Shown here piece by piece: positions 53,860 to 63,700 of a DNA stretch of 64,000 nt (position 1 is its first letter; every line of letters begins with the position of its first letter). The notes under the pieces were generated by a model. It did not search any database. It saw nothing but the letters and a program-made list of their open reading frames with translations, and had not been told where the DNA came from. The DNA comes from Acidobacteriota bacterium (GTDB taxonomy: Bacteria; Acidobacteriota; Thermoanaerobaculia; Multivoradales; JAHZIX01). The stretch lies in NCBI GenBank assembly GCA_039191605.1, contig JBCCXL010000003.1, forward strand, positions 257,543 through 321,542, read 5' to 3'. The translations under genes were made by a program, and so were the position numbers.

Positions 53860-54566
53860 GGCGCCACGATGGACGGCAGCTTCACGCCCTCGCTGACGGG
53901 GAGCTTCGGGAGCTGGCGGAGCGCTACTCCCGCTGCACGGTAGACGTGGGCACGGGGGACGGCCGCTTCGTGCTGCGGACGGCGCGGGAGGATGCCGATG
54001 TTTTGGTGATCGGCGTGGACGCGGTGGCGGACGGCCTCGCTCCCACCGCCCGCAAAGCGCAGCGCAAGGAAAAGAAGGGCGGCGCCCCTAACGCTCTCTT
54101 CCTCATTGCCGCGGCGGAGGATCTTCCCGGTCCCCTGGAGGGGCTGGCGGATCGAGTGATGGTGAATTTCCCCTGGGGCTCCCTGATGCGGGGTCTGGTG
54201 CTGCCGACTCCGGCGCTGCTGCGGGGGCTGGCGGAGGTCGCGAAGCCCGGGGGAGAGCTGGTGGCTCTGCTCAATCTGAGCGTCTTCCAGGACGCCGACT
54301 ATCTGCGACGTCTCGGTATCCCCACCGATCTCGAGGATCTCGAGCAACGTCTTCAGGGAGAAGAGTTTGCGGCCCGCTACGCGGCCAACGGCTGGGAGAT
54401 TCTCGAGACTACGGCGCTGGCGGACGCCGTGCCTCACCGCACCACCTGGGGACAGAAATTAGTGCGGGGGTCCCGCCGCCGCAGCGTCCTGCTGCGGGCG
54501 CGGAGGGTGGGTTTTGCGCCCTCGGAATCGCCGTCAGGGGACCCCAGAAGAGATCCCGCTGGATAA
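53856..54566 (+). CDS. Class I SAM-dependent methyltransferase
   Basis: Motif I is VDVGTGDGRF. The post-I acidic residue (GVD) and ...MVNFPWGSL... are present. The ATG at 53856 overlaps the upstream stop (ATGA), with GAGGAAG upstream. Confidence 0.6.
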   Translation: MRRHDGRQLHALADGELRELAERYSRCTVDVGTGDGRFVLRTAREDADVLVIGVDAVADGLAPTARKAQRKEKKGGAPNALFLIAAAEDLPGPLEGLADRVMVNFPWGSLMRGLVLPTPALLRGLAEVAKPGGELVALLNLSVFQDADYLRRLGIPTDLEDLEQRLQGEEFAARYAANGWEILETTALADAVPHRTTWGQKLVRGSRRRSVLLRARRVGFAPSESPSGDPRRDPAG

Positions 54567-54703
54567 GAAAGCAGGGGGTGGAAGAAGGGGAAAACCGATG
54601 GTTTCTCGTGAAACCATTGAGAACTAAGGGCTTGGAGCGATTCCCCTAGAATTGTGATTCGCGTCCGGTGGACGGGAGGTCCGATCCTTTTTTCTGGCGA
54701 GCC

Positions 54704-55672
54704 CTATTTCCCGTTGCCGCTGGGGGCCGAGAAGCCCCCGCGGTTGTTCCGCGGCCCGGTCAAGGGGCGCTGCTGAGGCGGCGCCACGCCGGGGGCTCGC
54801 TGGGTCTGGGGAGCGTTCCGGGGCGTGTCCTGAGGCATTCTTTGGGGGATCGGGGGATGCCGCTGCCCCGGCGCCTGGAAGTAGCCCGGAAGCAGTCCGC
54901 CGAACACGCCGGCTCCCTGGGGGAAGATCGCCTCCGGCGCTAGACCGAGGGGGTCGAGGCCAGGAAGTCCATAAGATTGAACGGGTTGGGCGGCATAGCC
55001 GTCATGGCTGAGGTTGCCCTCGTCGTCGGGGCTGTCGAAGGTGCGGTAGAGCAGATCCAGCCGTTCCCGGTCTAGATTGATCTGCTGCTGCATCAACCCC
55101 TGCTGCCGGCGAACCAGGCGCAGACCCTCGTCCCGCACCGCCAGCTCTCGGGCCTCGTCGCGGGAAACCCAGCGGTCTCCGTAGCGCACCTGCCGCCGCG
55201 AGGCGCGGTATTCCTCTTCGGTCATCCACCGGCCGTCCACCTGCTGCTGGCCGATGGCGGCCCGCGCTTCGGTGCTCTCCGGCGCTAGATCCACCGTGTT
55301 GTCGCGCACCTGACGGGCGAGGGTGTGGTTGCCGTAGCCCTCCACCCAGTCGGCGATGGCCAGGCGCCCGGCAACGTCGTCTTCCGGCAGCGCGTTGAGC
55401 GCGCTCCACACCGTCGACTCCAGGGAGTCCGCCCGCTGGATCCGCTCCACGTTCTTCGCCGAGAAGATCATCGTGCCGAAGGATGCGTCCAGCTGAATTC
55501 GCCCGTCCTCCAGCACCGTCACCGTGCCTTCCATGGTGCGGCCGTTCTTCATCGTGATCACGTCGGCGCCGAGGGGGGCCGAGATCAAAACCAGAAGAGC
55601 GGCGAGTAGGCAGACCAGGGCCGCGCTCGGAAGGGAGAGGCTGGAGAGGCGAAGGCGGGGAAAGAGCTGCAT
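54704..55672 (-). CDS. Hypothetical secreted protein (Gln/Pro-rich C-terminus)
   Basis: The signal peptide is MQLFPRLRLSSLSLPSAALVCLLAALLVLISAPLGA. AGGAGGATCCGCC precedes the ATG at 55672. Confidence 0.45.
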   Translation of the reverse strand: MQLFPRLRLSSLSLPSAALVCLLAALLVLISAPLGADVITMKNGRTMEGTVTVLEDGRIQLDASFGTMIFSAKNVERIQRADSLESTVWSALNALPEDDVAGRLAIADWVEGYGNHTLARQVRDNTVDLAPESTEARAAIGQQQVDGRWMTEEEYRASRRQVRYGDRWVSRDEARELAVRDEGLRLVRRQQGLMQQQINLDRERLDLLYRTFDSPDDEGNLSHDGYAAQPVQSYGLPGLDPLGLAPEAIFPQGAGVFGGLLPGYFQAPGQRHPPIPQRMPQDTPRNAPQTQRAPGVAPPQQRPLTGPRNNRGGFSAPSGNGK

Positions 55673-55818
55673 GGCGGATCCTCCTGGCATCGTGTCGGAC
55701 GAGCGGGGTGGGCTCAGATCAGATCGCTGGAAAGACTCTACCGACGGGGAGAGGTCTCGTCAAAGTGGGGAGTGAAGTAGGAAGACACTGCGCGTCGTGC
55801 GGCAGATGCTGGCGCCAT

Positions 55819-56874
55819 TCAGCTTCGTGGTGGGCTCTGGCCGAGGATCGGCAGGGCCGGATGGCCGGCTCCGGGAGCGCCAGCCCCCGGAATGGAGTTG
55901 CCGCTCACCGGCTCGCCGCCGCGGTCGCTGAGATCGCTGAGGTCGAAGTGACGGGCGAGGAATTCATCGCACCACAGGCAGATGTTGCCGAGCTCGTCGG
56001 AGCGCTGCCGCCCGTGCTCTTCGGAGATCCCCAGGGATTCGCCCATGCCGTAGGCGTCACCCTGGTTGAGGGCTTTCATCACCGGGTGGTCGGCGACCCG
56101 CCGCAGCACTTCGCTGACCTTCTCCACTCGAGCATCGCCGAGGGGGTCGTGGGTGCCGGGGCAGCAGGGGTTGATCCGCCACAGCTGGATGGAGATCTCC
56201 TGGGGCAGCTCGGTGTCGCCGAGGAAGCCCCGGGCGCCGGAGAGGATGGCGCAGAAATTATGGCTGCCGTCCTGCTTCCAGATGCCCTTCTCCATCGCTC
56301 GGCCGCGGGCCCAATTGCCCCCCAGCCACATGTCTTCGGTGGCTCCCCAGAAGCCGAAGCTCACTTCCCGCTTGAGGTAGTCGTCCTTGCTGATCAGCGG
56401 ATCTGGCGCGTCGTCCACCATGCCCCGGGAGCGGAAGAGCTCGGTGAGGATCTCCTGCCGCTGCCCTTTTTTCTTGTGGTAGCGATCGATGGAGGCGATA
56501 TCGATGCGGGTCACCCCCCGCTCTAGGATTTCGTCCAGGCGCTTCTCGTTGAGCAGGTCGCCGTTGGTTTGCAGCATCACCTGGATGCTGCCGCCGTAGC
56601 GCTCCTGCAGCGCTTCGAGAATGGCGTAGAGCTTCTTGCGCTCCGCCAGCGGCTCGCCGCCGGAGAGGATCAGCCGATCCATGCTCGCCGGCAGGTTCTC
56701 GACGATGGCCAGGCAATCCTCCAGGGAGATGGTGGCGCCGCGAGGACCGGAGAGGTTGTAGCAGTGATCGCACTCGTCGTTGCAGCGCTGGGTGAAGACC
56801 CAATACACGGACTCGCAGTGGTCGTAAGGGCGGGAGTCTTTAGGACGAGAATTGTCGGCGGTGGAGTCGCTCAT
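55819..56874 (-). CDS. Radical SAM domain protein (unassigned subfamily)
   Basis: The CxxxCxxC cluster motif is FTQRCNDECDHCYN. The glycine-rich SAM motif is ...LILSGGEPL.... Length 351 aa. No C-terminal SPASM-type Cys clusters. It overlaps the upstream ATPase gene by 4 bp. Confidence 0.75.
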   Translation of the reverse strand: MSDSTADNSRPKDSRPYDHCESVYWVFTQRCNDECDHCYNLSGPRGATISLEDCLAIVENLPASMDRLILSGGEPLAERKKLYAILEALQERYGGSIQVMLQTNGDLLNEKRLDEILERGVTRIDIASIDRYHKKKGQRQEILTELFRSRGMVDDAPDPLISKDDYLKREVSFGFWGATEDMWLGGNWARGRAMEKGIWKQDGSHNFCAILSGARGFLGDTELPQEISIQLWRINPCCPGTHDPLGDARVEKVSEVLRRVADHPVMKALNQGDAYGMGESLGISEEHGRQRSDELGNICLWCDEFLARHFDLSDLSDRGGEPVSGNSIPGAGAPGAGHPALPILGQSPPRS

Positions 56875-57794
56875 GAGGATGCCTTCGCGGGAGTGGTCGG
56901 TGCCGATGAGTCGAGGGAAGAAGCGCTGGGGGCTTTCCCTTGGGAAGTCTGTAATTCAGGAGCCTGTAGTTCAGGAGTCTGTGGTTCAGGAGCCTGGACG
57001 CCGGGAGATGCCTCGGAGGGCGTCTCGGGAGGTTCCTCAGGAGGTACCGCGGAGGGGGCCTCGGCTTGTCTCTCTAACCGGATCCAGAAGTCCATTTCTT
57101 CCTTCACCCCCAGACGAGGGTCGTGGACCAGCTGCTGAAGACTATCGAAGACCCGGAAGCGCCCCTTCTCCAGATGCCCTACCCGATGCCCCATCTTGAT
57201 CGCCTCTTTGAGGTCGTGGGTGACGAAGAGAGCCGGCAGCTGGCGCTGCTCGGCGACCTGCCGAAAGAGCTGCTGCATGCGGGCGCGGGTATCGGTATCG
57301 AGGGCGCCGAAGGGCTCGTCCAGCAGCAGCAGCTTTGGCTCTACCAGCAGCGCGCGGCCAAAGGCGACCCGCTGTCGCTGGCCGCCGGAGAGCTGATGGG
57401 GGGCCTTGTGGGCGTGCTCGCTGAGCCCCAGCTCTTCCAGCATCTGCTCTACTCGCGGGCGAATCTCGCCCTTGGAGCGCCCGCGGACCTCCAGCCCGAA
57501 GGCGAGGTTGGCGGTGACGTCGAGGTGGGGGAAGAGCAGCGCCTCCTGGTAGAGGTAGAGCACCCCCCGGCGCTGCGGCGGCAGCGGGTCCAGGGCCTCT
57601 CCCGCCAGGGTGACGGAGCCGGCGTCCGCCGACTCCAGGCCGGCGAGGATCTTGAGCAGCGTGGTCTTGCCGCAGCCGGAGCGCCCCACCACCGCCAGGG
57701 TCTCGGCGCCTTCCAGGCGCAGGGAGATGTCCTGCAGCACGCTCTCGCCGCCGAAGGCCTTGCTCAGGCCGTGGACCTCGAGGAGCGGCGTCAT
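56871..57794 (-). CDS. ABC transporter ATP-binding protein (importer type)
   Basis: Walker A GRSGCGKTT, ABC signature LSGGQRQRV and Walker B LLLDEPFGALD are present. The C-terminal tail is Pro/Glu-rich and repetitive (PELQAPELQT). Confidence 0.85.
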   Translation of the reverse strand: MTPLLEVHGLSKAFGGESVLQDISLRLEGAETLAVVGRSGCGKTTLLKILAGLESADAGSVTLAGEALDPLPPQRRGVLYLYQEALLFPHLDVTANLAFGLEVRGRSKGEIRPRVEQMLEELGLSEHAHKAPHQLSGGQRQRVAFGRALLVEPKLLLLDEPFGALDTDTRARMQQLFRQVAEQRQLPALFVTHDLKEAIKMGHRVGHLEKGRFRVFDSLQQLVHDPRLGVKEEMDFWIRLERQAEAPSAVPPEEPPETPSEASPGVQAPEPQTPELQAPELQTSQGKAPSASSLDSSAPTTPAKASS

Positions 57795-58588
57795 CGACTG
57801 ACTCCAAAGGAGGGCGCCGCCCGGCGATTGAGCAGCACCAGCACCAGCGGCGGCAGCACCAGCAGGCAGCTGGCCAGGGCGGCGTAATAGGGGTTGGCTT
57901 CTCGCACGTAATCGAAGACCTTGAGCGGCAGCGTCTTGACCCGGCCGCCGCCCACCAAGAGAGTGAGGCCATACTGGAACCAGGAGATCAGGAAGGCCTG
58001 GAAGAAGCCTACCGCTAGCAGCCCTCGGGAAAGAGGCAGCAGCGCTCGGCGGTAGGCCGTCCAGGTGGAGCCCCCAAGAGTGTAGACCAGCTCTTCGTAG
58101 GCCTGCTTCTGGGGGGTCCAGAAGCCGATGAAGAAGATCACCGCGAAGCCGTAGGAAAACATCGTCTGGGCCAGGGCGACTCCCCCGGCGGTGCCGGCGA
58201 GATCCAGCCGCAGGTAGAGAAAGAGCAGGCAGGTGCCGAGGATCACGGGGGAGAAGGCGAAGGGAATATAGGCCAGCAGCAGCAGCCGGTGGCGGTGGGG
58301 GGAGAAGGCGATGGCCTTGGAGGTGAGATAGCCGGCGGCGGTGGAGACCGTCGCTACCGCCAGGGAGAGGGTGATCGAGAGCACCAGGCTCTCCAGCAGG
58401 GCTCCGCGACCGCTGAACAGCTCCCCCCAGCGCTCGCCGGTGAGCTCGGCGGGCCAGGCCTGCCCTGCCGGCCAGCGGGTGGCGATGGAGAGCAAGATCA
58501 GCACCGCCACCGGAGCCACGCAGCCCACCGCCACGGCGAGGCTGAGGAGCCGCCGCTGGAGTCTTCCCTTCTCCTCCCCCTCAGCCAA
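57791..58588 (-). CDS. ABC transporter permease (PotC/ThiP-like, 6 TM)
   Basis: Polytopic with the EAA-like loop region ...YTLGGSTWTAYRRALLPL.... Overlaps its neighbours by 4-8 bp. Confidence 0.75.
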   Translation of the reverse strand: MAEGEEKGRLQRRLLSLAVAVGCVAPVAVLILLSIATRWPAGQAWPAELTGERWGELFSGRGALLESLVLSITLSLAVATVSTAAGYLTSKAIAFSPHRHRLLLLAYIPFAFSPVILGTCLLFLYLRLDLAGTAGGVALAQTMFSYGFAVIFFIGFWTPQKQAYEELVYTLGGSTWTAYRRALLPLSRGLLAVGFFQAFLISWFQYGLTLLVGGGRVKTLPLKVFDYVREANPYYAALASCLLVLPPLVLVLLNRRAAPSFGVSR

Positions 58589-59450
58589 GGGAGCCTCCCT
58601 CCTGGGGCAGGCGGCGCACCAGGGCGAGGAGCAGGAAGACCACTGCGGTGTAGATCAGCGCGAGGACATAAGCCTCGGGGCGCTCGGCGAGGTCGAAGAG
58701 GGCGAATTTCCGGTAGGTCAGCACCGAGAGCATCTGTGGGGTTTGGCGCCCCAGCAGCAGCGGAATCTCGAAAGAGCCGAGCACCACGATGAAGAAGAGC
58801 ACCAGATTGGTGGAGGCGCGCCGCAGCAGCACCGGCACGGTGACCCGCCACAGCACCTGGGCGCGGGAGGCTCCGAGGCTGGTGGCCAGGGTCTCCAGCT
58901 CGCTCACCGCCTCGGTGCGGTAGAGCTCGGCGAAGAGCAGGGCGAAGAAGGGAATCGCCAGGGCGACGTGGGTGGCGACGATCCCCAGGGCCCAGGGGTC
59001 GTGGACCATCGGCACCAGCTCCCCGGAGGGGGTGGCAATGCCGAGGGTGGCCCCGAGGGCGGAAACCCAGCGCTCCACCAGCCCGCCGCCGACGAAGAGC
59101 TGAAAGGTCAGAAAGGCGGCGACGGTGCCGGGGATCGCCAGGGGAACGTAGAGCAGGGCCGAGAGCGGGCCCCGCTCCAGCGGGCGGCGCAGCAGCAGGG
59201 CGAGGGCCAGGGCGGCGCTGGTGGTGAACAGCAGGGTGGTGGTGGCGACGTGGAGGGAGAGCAGCAGCGAGGTCCACAGCTCCCGGCGCTGGAGCATCGC
59301 CAGCCAATGCTCGGCGGTGATGCCCTCGCTCAGCAGGCCGACGGCGCCGATGCTGTAGAGCAGGGCGTAGCCGAGGCTGAAGCCCACGGGGGCGGCGACC
59401 ACCAGCATCAGCAAGGCGATCCCCACCCGGTCCGGCAGCCTCGGCTTCAC
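58581..59450 (-). CDS. ABC transporter permease (PotB-like, 6 TM)
   Basis: Polytopic, with ...ATSLGASRAQVLWRVTVPVLL... as the EAA loop. Confidence 0.75.
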   Translation of the reverse strand: MKPRLPDRVGIALLMLVVAAPVGFSLGYALLYSIGAVGLLSEGITAEHWLAMLQRRELWTSLLLSLHVATTTLLFTTSAALALALLLRRPLERGPLSALLYVPLAIPGTVAAFLTFQLFVGGGLVERWVSALGATLGIATPSGELVPMVHDPWALGIVATHVALAIPFFALLFAELYRTEAVSELETLATSLGASRAQVLWRVTVPVLLRRASTNLVLFFIVVLGSFEIPLLLGRQTPQMLSVLTYRKFALFDLAERPEAYVLALIYTAVVFLLLALVRRLPQEGGSLG

Positions 59451-59454
59451 CCCT

Positions 59455-60735
59455 TTAGCTCTCCAGCAGTCGGCGGCGCACGTCTTCGTAGAGTCGAATC
59501 ATGGTCTCCGGGGCGGGTTCCTGCAGCGCGTAGGCTCGAATCTCTTCCCGCTTCGGCGACCGCTCCCGCTGGGGGATCTCGCCGAAGCGCTGGGGCCAGG
59601 GCTCCGGCAGGCGCTGGACGTCCAGCACCGTGCCGTCTCCCCACACCGCCGGCTTCATCTTCTCGTATTGCGCCTCCGCGGAGAGCAGGAAGTTGATCGC
59701 CACCAGCGCTCCGGCGCTGTGCTGGCCTCCCTTGACCAGCCCCAAATAGTGGCTGTTCTGGATCGTTCCGGACTCCAGGACGTAGGCCCGGGAGCTCTGC
59801 GGCAGGATGCCCTGGAGCACCTTGTTGTCCACCTCGCCATCGTTGTTGCTCATGGTGAAGTCCACCTCGCCGTTGGCGAAGAGCTGATGGAGCTGGGCGA
59901 CCTCTGTGGGCAGGGTTTGCCCCTGTTTCCACAGGAAGGGCTGGATCTCTTCCAGGTAGGCGAAGAGTCGATCGCTGGCTTGGGCGTAGCGCGCCTCGTC
60001 GAAAGGACCGTCCAGAGAGCCGGGGCCCCCGGCGAAGTGGATCAGCAGGGATTTCAGGAAGGTCATCCCGGTGAAGGCGGTATCGAAGCTGAAGCGCCCC
60101 GGGTTCTCCCGCGCCCACTGAGCCAGCTCCTCGGGGTTGCGGGGCGGCTGGGCCACCCGCTCCGAGTCGTAGATCAGCGCCAGCTGCACGTTGCCCCAGG
60201 GGGCTTCGTAGCCGTCCACCGGCTGCTGGAAGTCGTAGGCGATGAAGGGGTTTTCAAAGTCGATGGCCGCCGCCGAGGGCAGCTTGTCGGTGAAGGGGCC
60301 GGCGAGGGCGTCGATCTGCCGCAGCTGATAGAAGGTCTCGCCGTTGATCCACACCATGTCCAGATCGCTGCTGCCCTTGCCGGCTTCGAGCTCGGTGAGC
60401 AGCAGGTTGACGATCTGATTGCCCTGGGCGCTCACCACGTCCAGCTGAATGTCGTAGCGCTCTTTCAGCTGCTGGCTGACCCAGCCGGAGACGTAGGCGT
60501 TGATCTTGGGGTCCCCGGTCCACATGCCCCAGGTCACCCGCTGACCGCGGGCCTGCTCCTCGATCTGCTCCCAGGAGAGCTGCAGCAAATCCTCCGGAGT
60601 CGTCGACGGGGTTTCCCCGCCGCCGCAGCCGGCGAGGAGGCTGGCTCCCAGCAGGAGAGCGACGAGGGCGGTGGCTCCGAAGGCCGTTCTTCCCGGCAAC
60701 CAGCTCAGGCTTCTCCAGGTTGGATCAGAACGCAT
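59455..60735 (-). CDS. ABC transporter periplasmic substrate-binding lipoprotein
   Basis: The signal peptide plus lipobox is ...ALLLGASLLAGCGG. At ~420 aa it is consistent with the solute-binding-protein family 1 fold. Confidence 0.7.
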   Translation of the reverse strand: MRSDPTWRSLSWLPGRTAFGATALVALLLGASLLAGCGGGETPSTTPEDLLQLSWEQIEEQARGQRVTWGMWTGDPKINAYVSGWVSQQLKERYDIQLDVVSAQGNQIVNLLLTELEAGKGSSDLDMVWINGETFYQLRQIDALAGPFTDKLPSAAAIDFENPFIAYDFQQPVDGYEAPWGNVQLALIYDSERVAQPPRNPEELAQWARENPGRFSFDTAFTGMTFLKSLLIHFAGGPGSLDGPFDEARYAQASDRLFAYLEEIQPFLWKQGQTLPTEVAQLHQLFANGEVDFTMSNNDGEVDNKVLQGILPQSSRAYVLESGTIQNSHYLGLVKGGQHSAGALVAINFLLSAEAQYEKMKPAVWGDGTVLDVQRLPEPWPQRFGEIPQRERSPKREEIRAYALQEPAPETMIRLYEDVRRRLLES

Positions 60736-63700
60736 AGCTCACCCCGAACTGGAACTGCCGCGGCGGCCCGGCGTTCTTGCGCTCGATGCCGGCGCTGCGC
60801 GGCCCCACCTGGATCTGGTTGCTCTGGGTGGCGTTGTTGCTGAAGCCCGAGAGGTTGGTCTCGTTGAGCACGTTGAAGACGTCCACCCGCAGATCGATGT
60901 TGCGGCCGGCGATGGGCAGGCTGTACTGCAGGCTGAGATCCAGGACCTCCGACCACGGCAGGCGGTCGCTGTTGCGGGCCTCGCCGGGCTGACGATCGCT
61001 GTTGCCGACGTAGGCGTCGCCGAAGGAGCGGCCGTCGCCGTTCAGGTCGGTGGTGCCGAAGATGCGGGCATCGGGGATGCGGTTGATGGGCTGGCCGCTC
61101 TGCAGCAGCACGGCGGCGGAGACCGAGAAGCGATCGGTGGGGTGGTACTGGAAGATGCCGCTGATGACGTGGGTGCGGTCGTTCAGGGACGGGCCCCACT
61201 CGGCGCCGAAGTTATTGGAATCCTGGGCCCGGAAGTTGATGTCGTCGGTGTTGTTCTCGAGCTTCGAGAGGGTGTAGGAGAGACGGAAGTTGTAGTTGTC
61301 CCGGGAGCGGCTCTTCACCAGGGTGAAGGTAGCGGCGCGGTAGCGGGCCTCGCCTTCCGCCTCGGAGATCACGATGTTGCGAGCTCCGCCGTCCCGCAGG
61401 GCCACCGGGCGAGTGGCGTCGGCCTCTTCCTGGGTGCGCACCTGGACGTTGTTGGGGTCGATGGGGAAGGGCGCCGGAGCGTTCAGATCCCGCAGGCGGA
61501 AGAGGTTGTAGGAGCGGGTGTGGATGAAGTCCACGTAGAAGAGCATGTCGTCCCGCAGCTGGCGCTGGAAGCCCAGGGAGTATTGCTCCGTCACCGGGTT
61601 GTCGTAGCCGTTGGGGTTGAGGATGCGGCGCTCGTTGCTGAAGATGTCCTCCCGCTGCCCCTGGATCTCGCCGGGAGTCGGTCCGCCGAGGTAGGGGACG
61701 TCGTCGAAGGAGGCGCCGAGGTTGCCGTTGAAGAGCACCTGGTCGATGTCCGTATCCGCCGGCAGGATGCCGAGGGCGATGAGGTCCTCGATCTGGGAGC
61801 GGAAGCCGGCGGCGGTGGAGCTCTGCTGCAGCGCGTCGCTGTACACCGCGTAGAGGATCTTGTCGTAGAACACGCCGAAGCCGGCGCGCACCGTGGAGCG
61901 ATCGTCGATGCGGTAGTTGGCCGCCAGGCGGGGGGCGATGTTGTCGCTGTCGCCGCTGCTGCTGCCGCCCTCCGACAGGCTGTCGTAATCCCAGCGCAGG
62001 CCGGCGGTGAGGGTGAGGTTGGGGTTCACCGCCCAGGTGTCCTCGGCGAAGACGCTCCAGAAATCCTGGGTCTCGCCGAAGGAGCGGGGCTGCAGCTCGA
62101 CGTCGTAGCGCACCACCTCGACGTCCGAGGGGATGTCGAAGATCGACAGGCCGGAGCCGAGATTCTGCGACGCCAGGGCGTCCTGCTGGGCCTGGGTGAG
62201 CTGCACCAAGTAGTTGCCGTCGACGTTGCCGCCGCCGAAGAGCTCGAAGTCGGAGGTGATCAGGCTGGCGCCGAGCTTCACCGTGTGGTCGCCGAGGAGC
62301 AGGGAGAGGCGATCCTGAATCTGCACCGTCTCCTCGCGGTTGTCGAAGATGAAGCCCGGATGGCCGAGCACCGCGATGGTCTGGCCGGCGGCGCCGAGAA
62401 CGTTGACCTGAGGTCCTTCGTTGTTGGGGCGGGCGTAGTTCCAGCGGAAGCGGCTGAACTGGATATCCGCCTCGTTGACCAGGTTCTCGGTGACGAAGCT
62501 GGTGCGCAGGGCGGCGAGGTAGGAGTCGCGGTCCTGGGTGTTGCCGGCGGAGGGGAAGGTCACGCCGCCCTCCAGGCCGCCGCCCTGACGCTCGATGTCG
62601 ATGTCACCCCAATTCACCCGCAGGGAGCTCTGGAAGGAGTCGCTGAAGCGATGATCCAGGCGGGCGGTGGCGTAGAGAAATTCGTTCTCGCCGGCCACCG
62701 TCTCGTTGATTCCCAGCTCCGGCACGTTGAGCAGGTTGTCCTTGTCGTCGAGGGTGTTCTCGACGTTGAGGAAGAAGAAGGTCTGGTCTTCGGCGATGGG
62801 GCCGCCGATGGAAATGCCGAATTGGTCGCGGGCGAAGCCGTCCCGCACCGCGTTACCGGAGAGGTCGCGGCCGGCGAAGGGAGAGCTGGCGTCGACGCTG
62901 GCGCCGGGGCGGGAGAGGTAGAAGACGTCACCCCGCAGCTGGTTGGTGCCGGACTTGCTGGTGACGTTGAACACCCCGTTGCCGGTGCGGCCGAACTCCG
63001 CCGTGTAGGTGGAGGTGAGCACGGTGACGTCCTGCACCGCCCCCAGGGGCACGGCGAACTTCTGGCCGCCGAGGAAGTTTTCGTTGTTGTCCAGGCCGTC
63101 GATCAGGTAGTTGACGTAGAGGGAGTTGGCGCCGTTCACGGAGACGTTGGGAGCCTCCGGATAGAAGCCCGTCGCCTGGCTGACGTTGGGCAGGCGATAG
63201 AGGGAGCGAGTGAGGTCACGGCCCTCCACCGGCAGCAGCGAGAGCTCCTGCTCCACCAGGGTGGAGGAGACCTCCGCGTTCACCGTGTTGAGAGCCACCA
63301 GCTGGGGCGCGGCGGAGACCGATACCTCGTCCTCGAAGGTCTCCTGCACCGACAGCCTTAGGGTGACGCTGGCGAAGGCGTTGGCCCGCAGGGTGATGCC
63401 GGTGAGCTCGGAGTTGCCGAAGCCTTCGGTGTCGACGTTGCGGATGCGGTAGCCGCTACCGGTGGTGAGGCCGCGGAAGATCACCCGGCCCTGACTGCTG
63501 GTCACCTCCTGGCGCACCAGGCCGGTGACGTCGTTGCTGAGCTCCACGAGGATTCCCCCGAGGGGTTCGAAGGAGTCAGCGCTGACCACCGAGACGTCGA
63601 GGTTGCCCTGGGCGTGGGCCGCCGGGGCTCCGAGCAGGAGAACGGCCGCGGCGAGAACCGCGAAGAGCACGCTCCGGGCCGCCCAGGGAGCGGCGGCGAG

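Noticed and set aside
54668-54700. Terminator-like hairpin plus T-run after the class I methyltransferase gene
   Set aside because: The stem is only about 4 bp (ggac/gtcc) before the TTTTTT run. That is too weak to call with confidence.
55819-56874. Radical SAM gene as PqqE (partner for the PqqB-like gene at 18826)
   Set aside because: There is no C-terminal SPASM Cys-rich domain. The gene is 36 kb from the PqqB-like gene, in a different operon. No pqqA, pqqC or pqqD is present.
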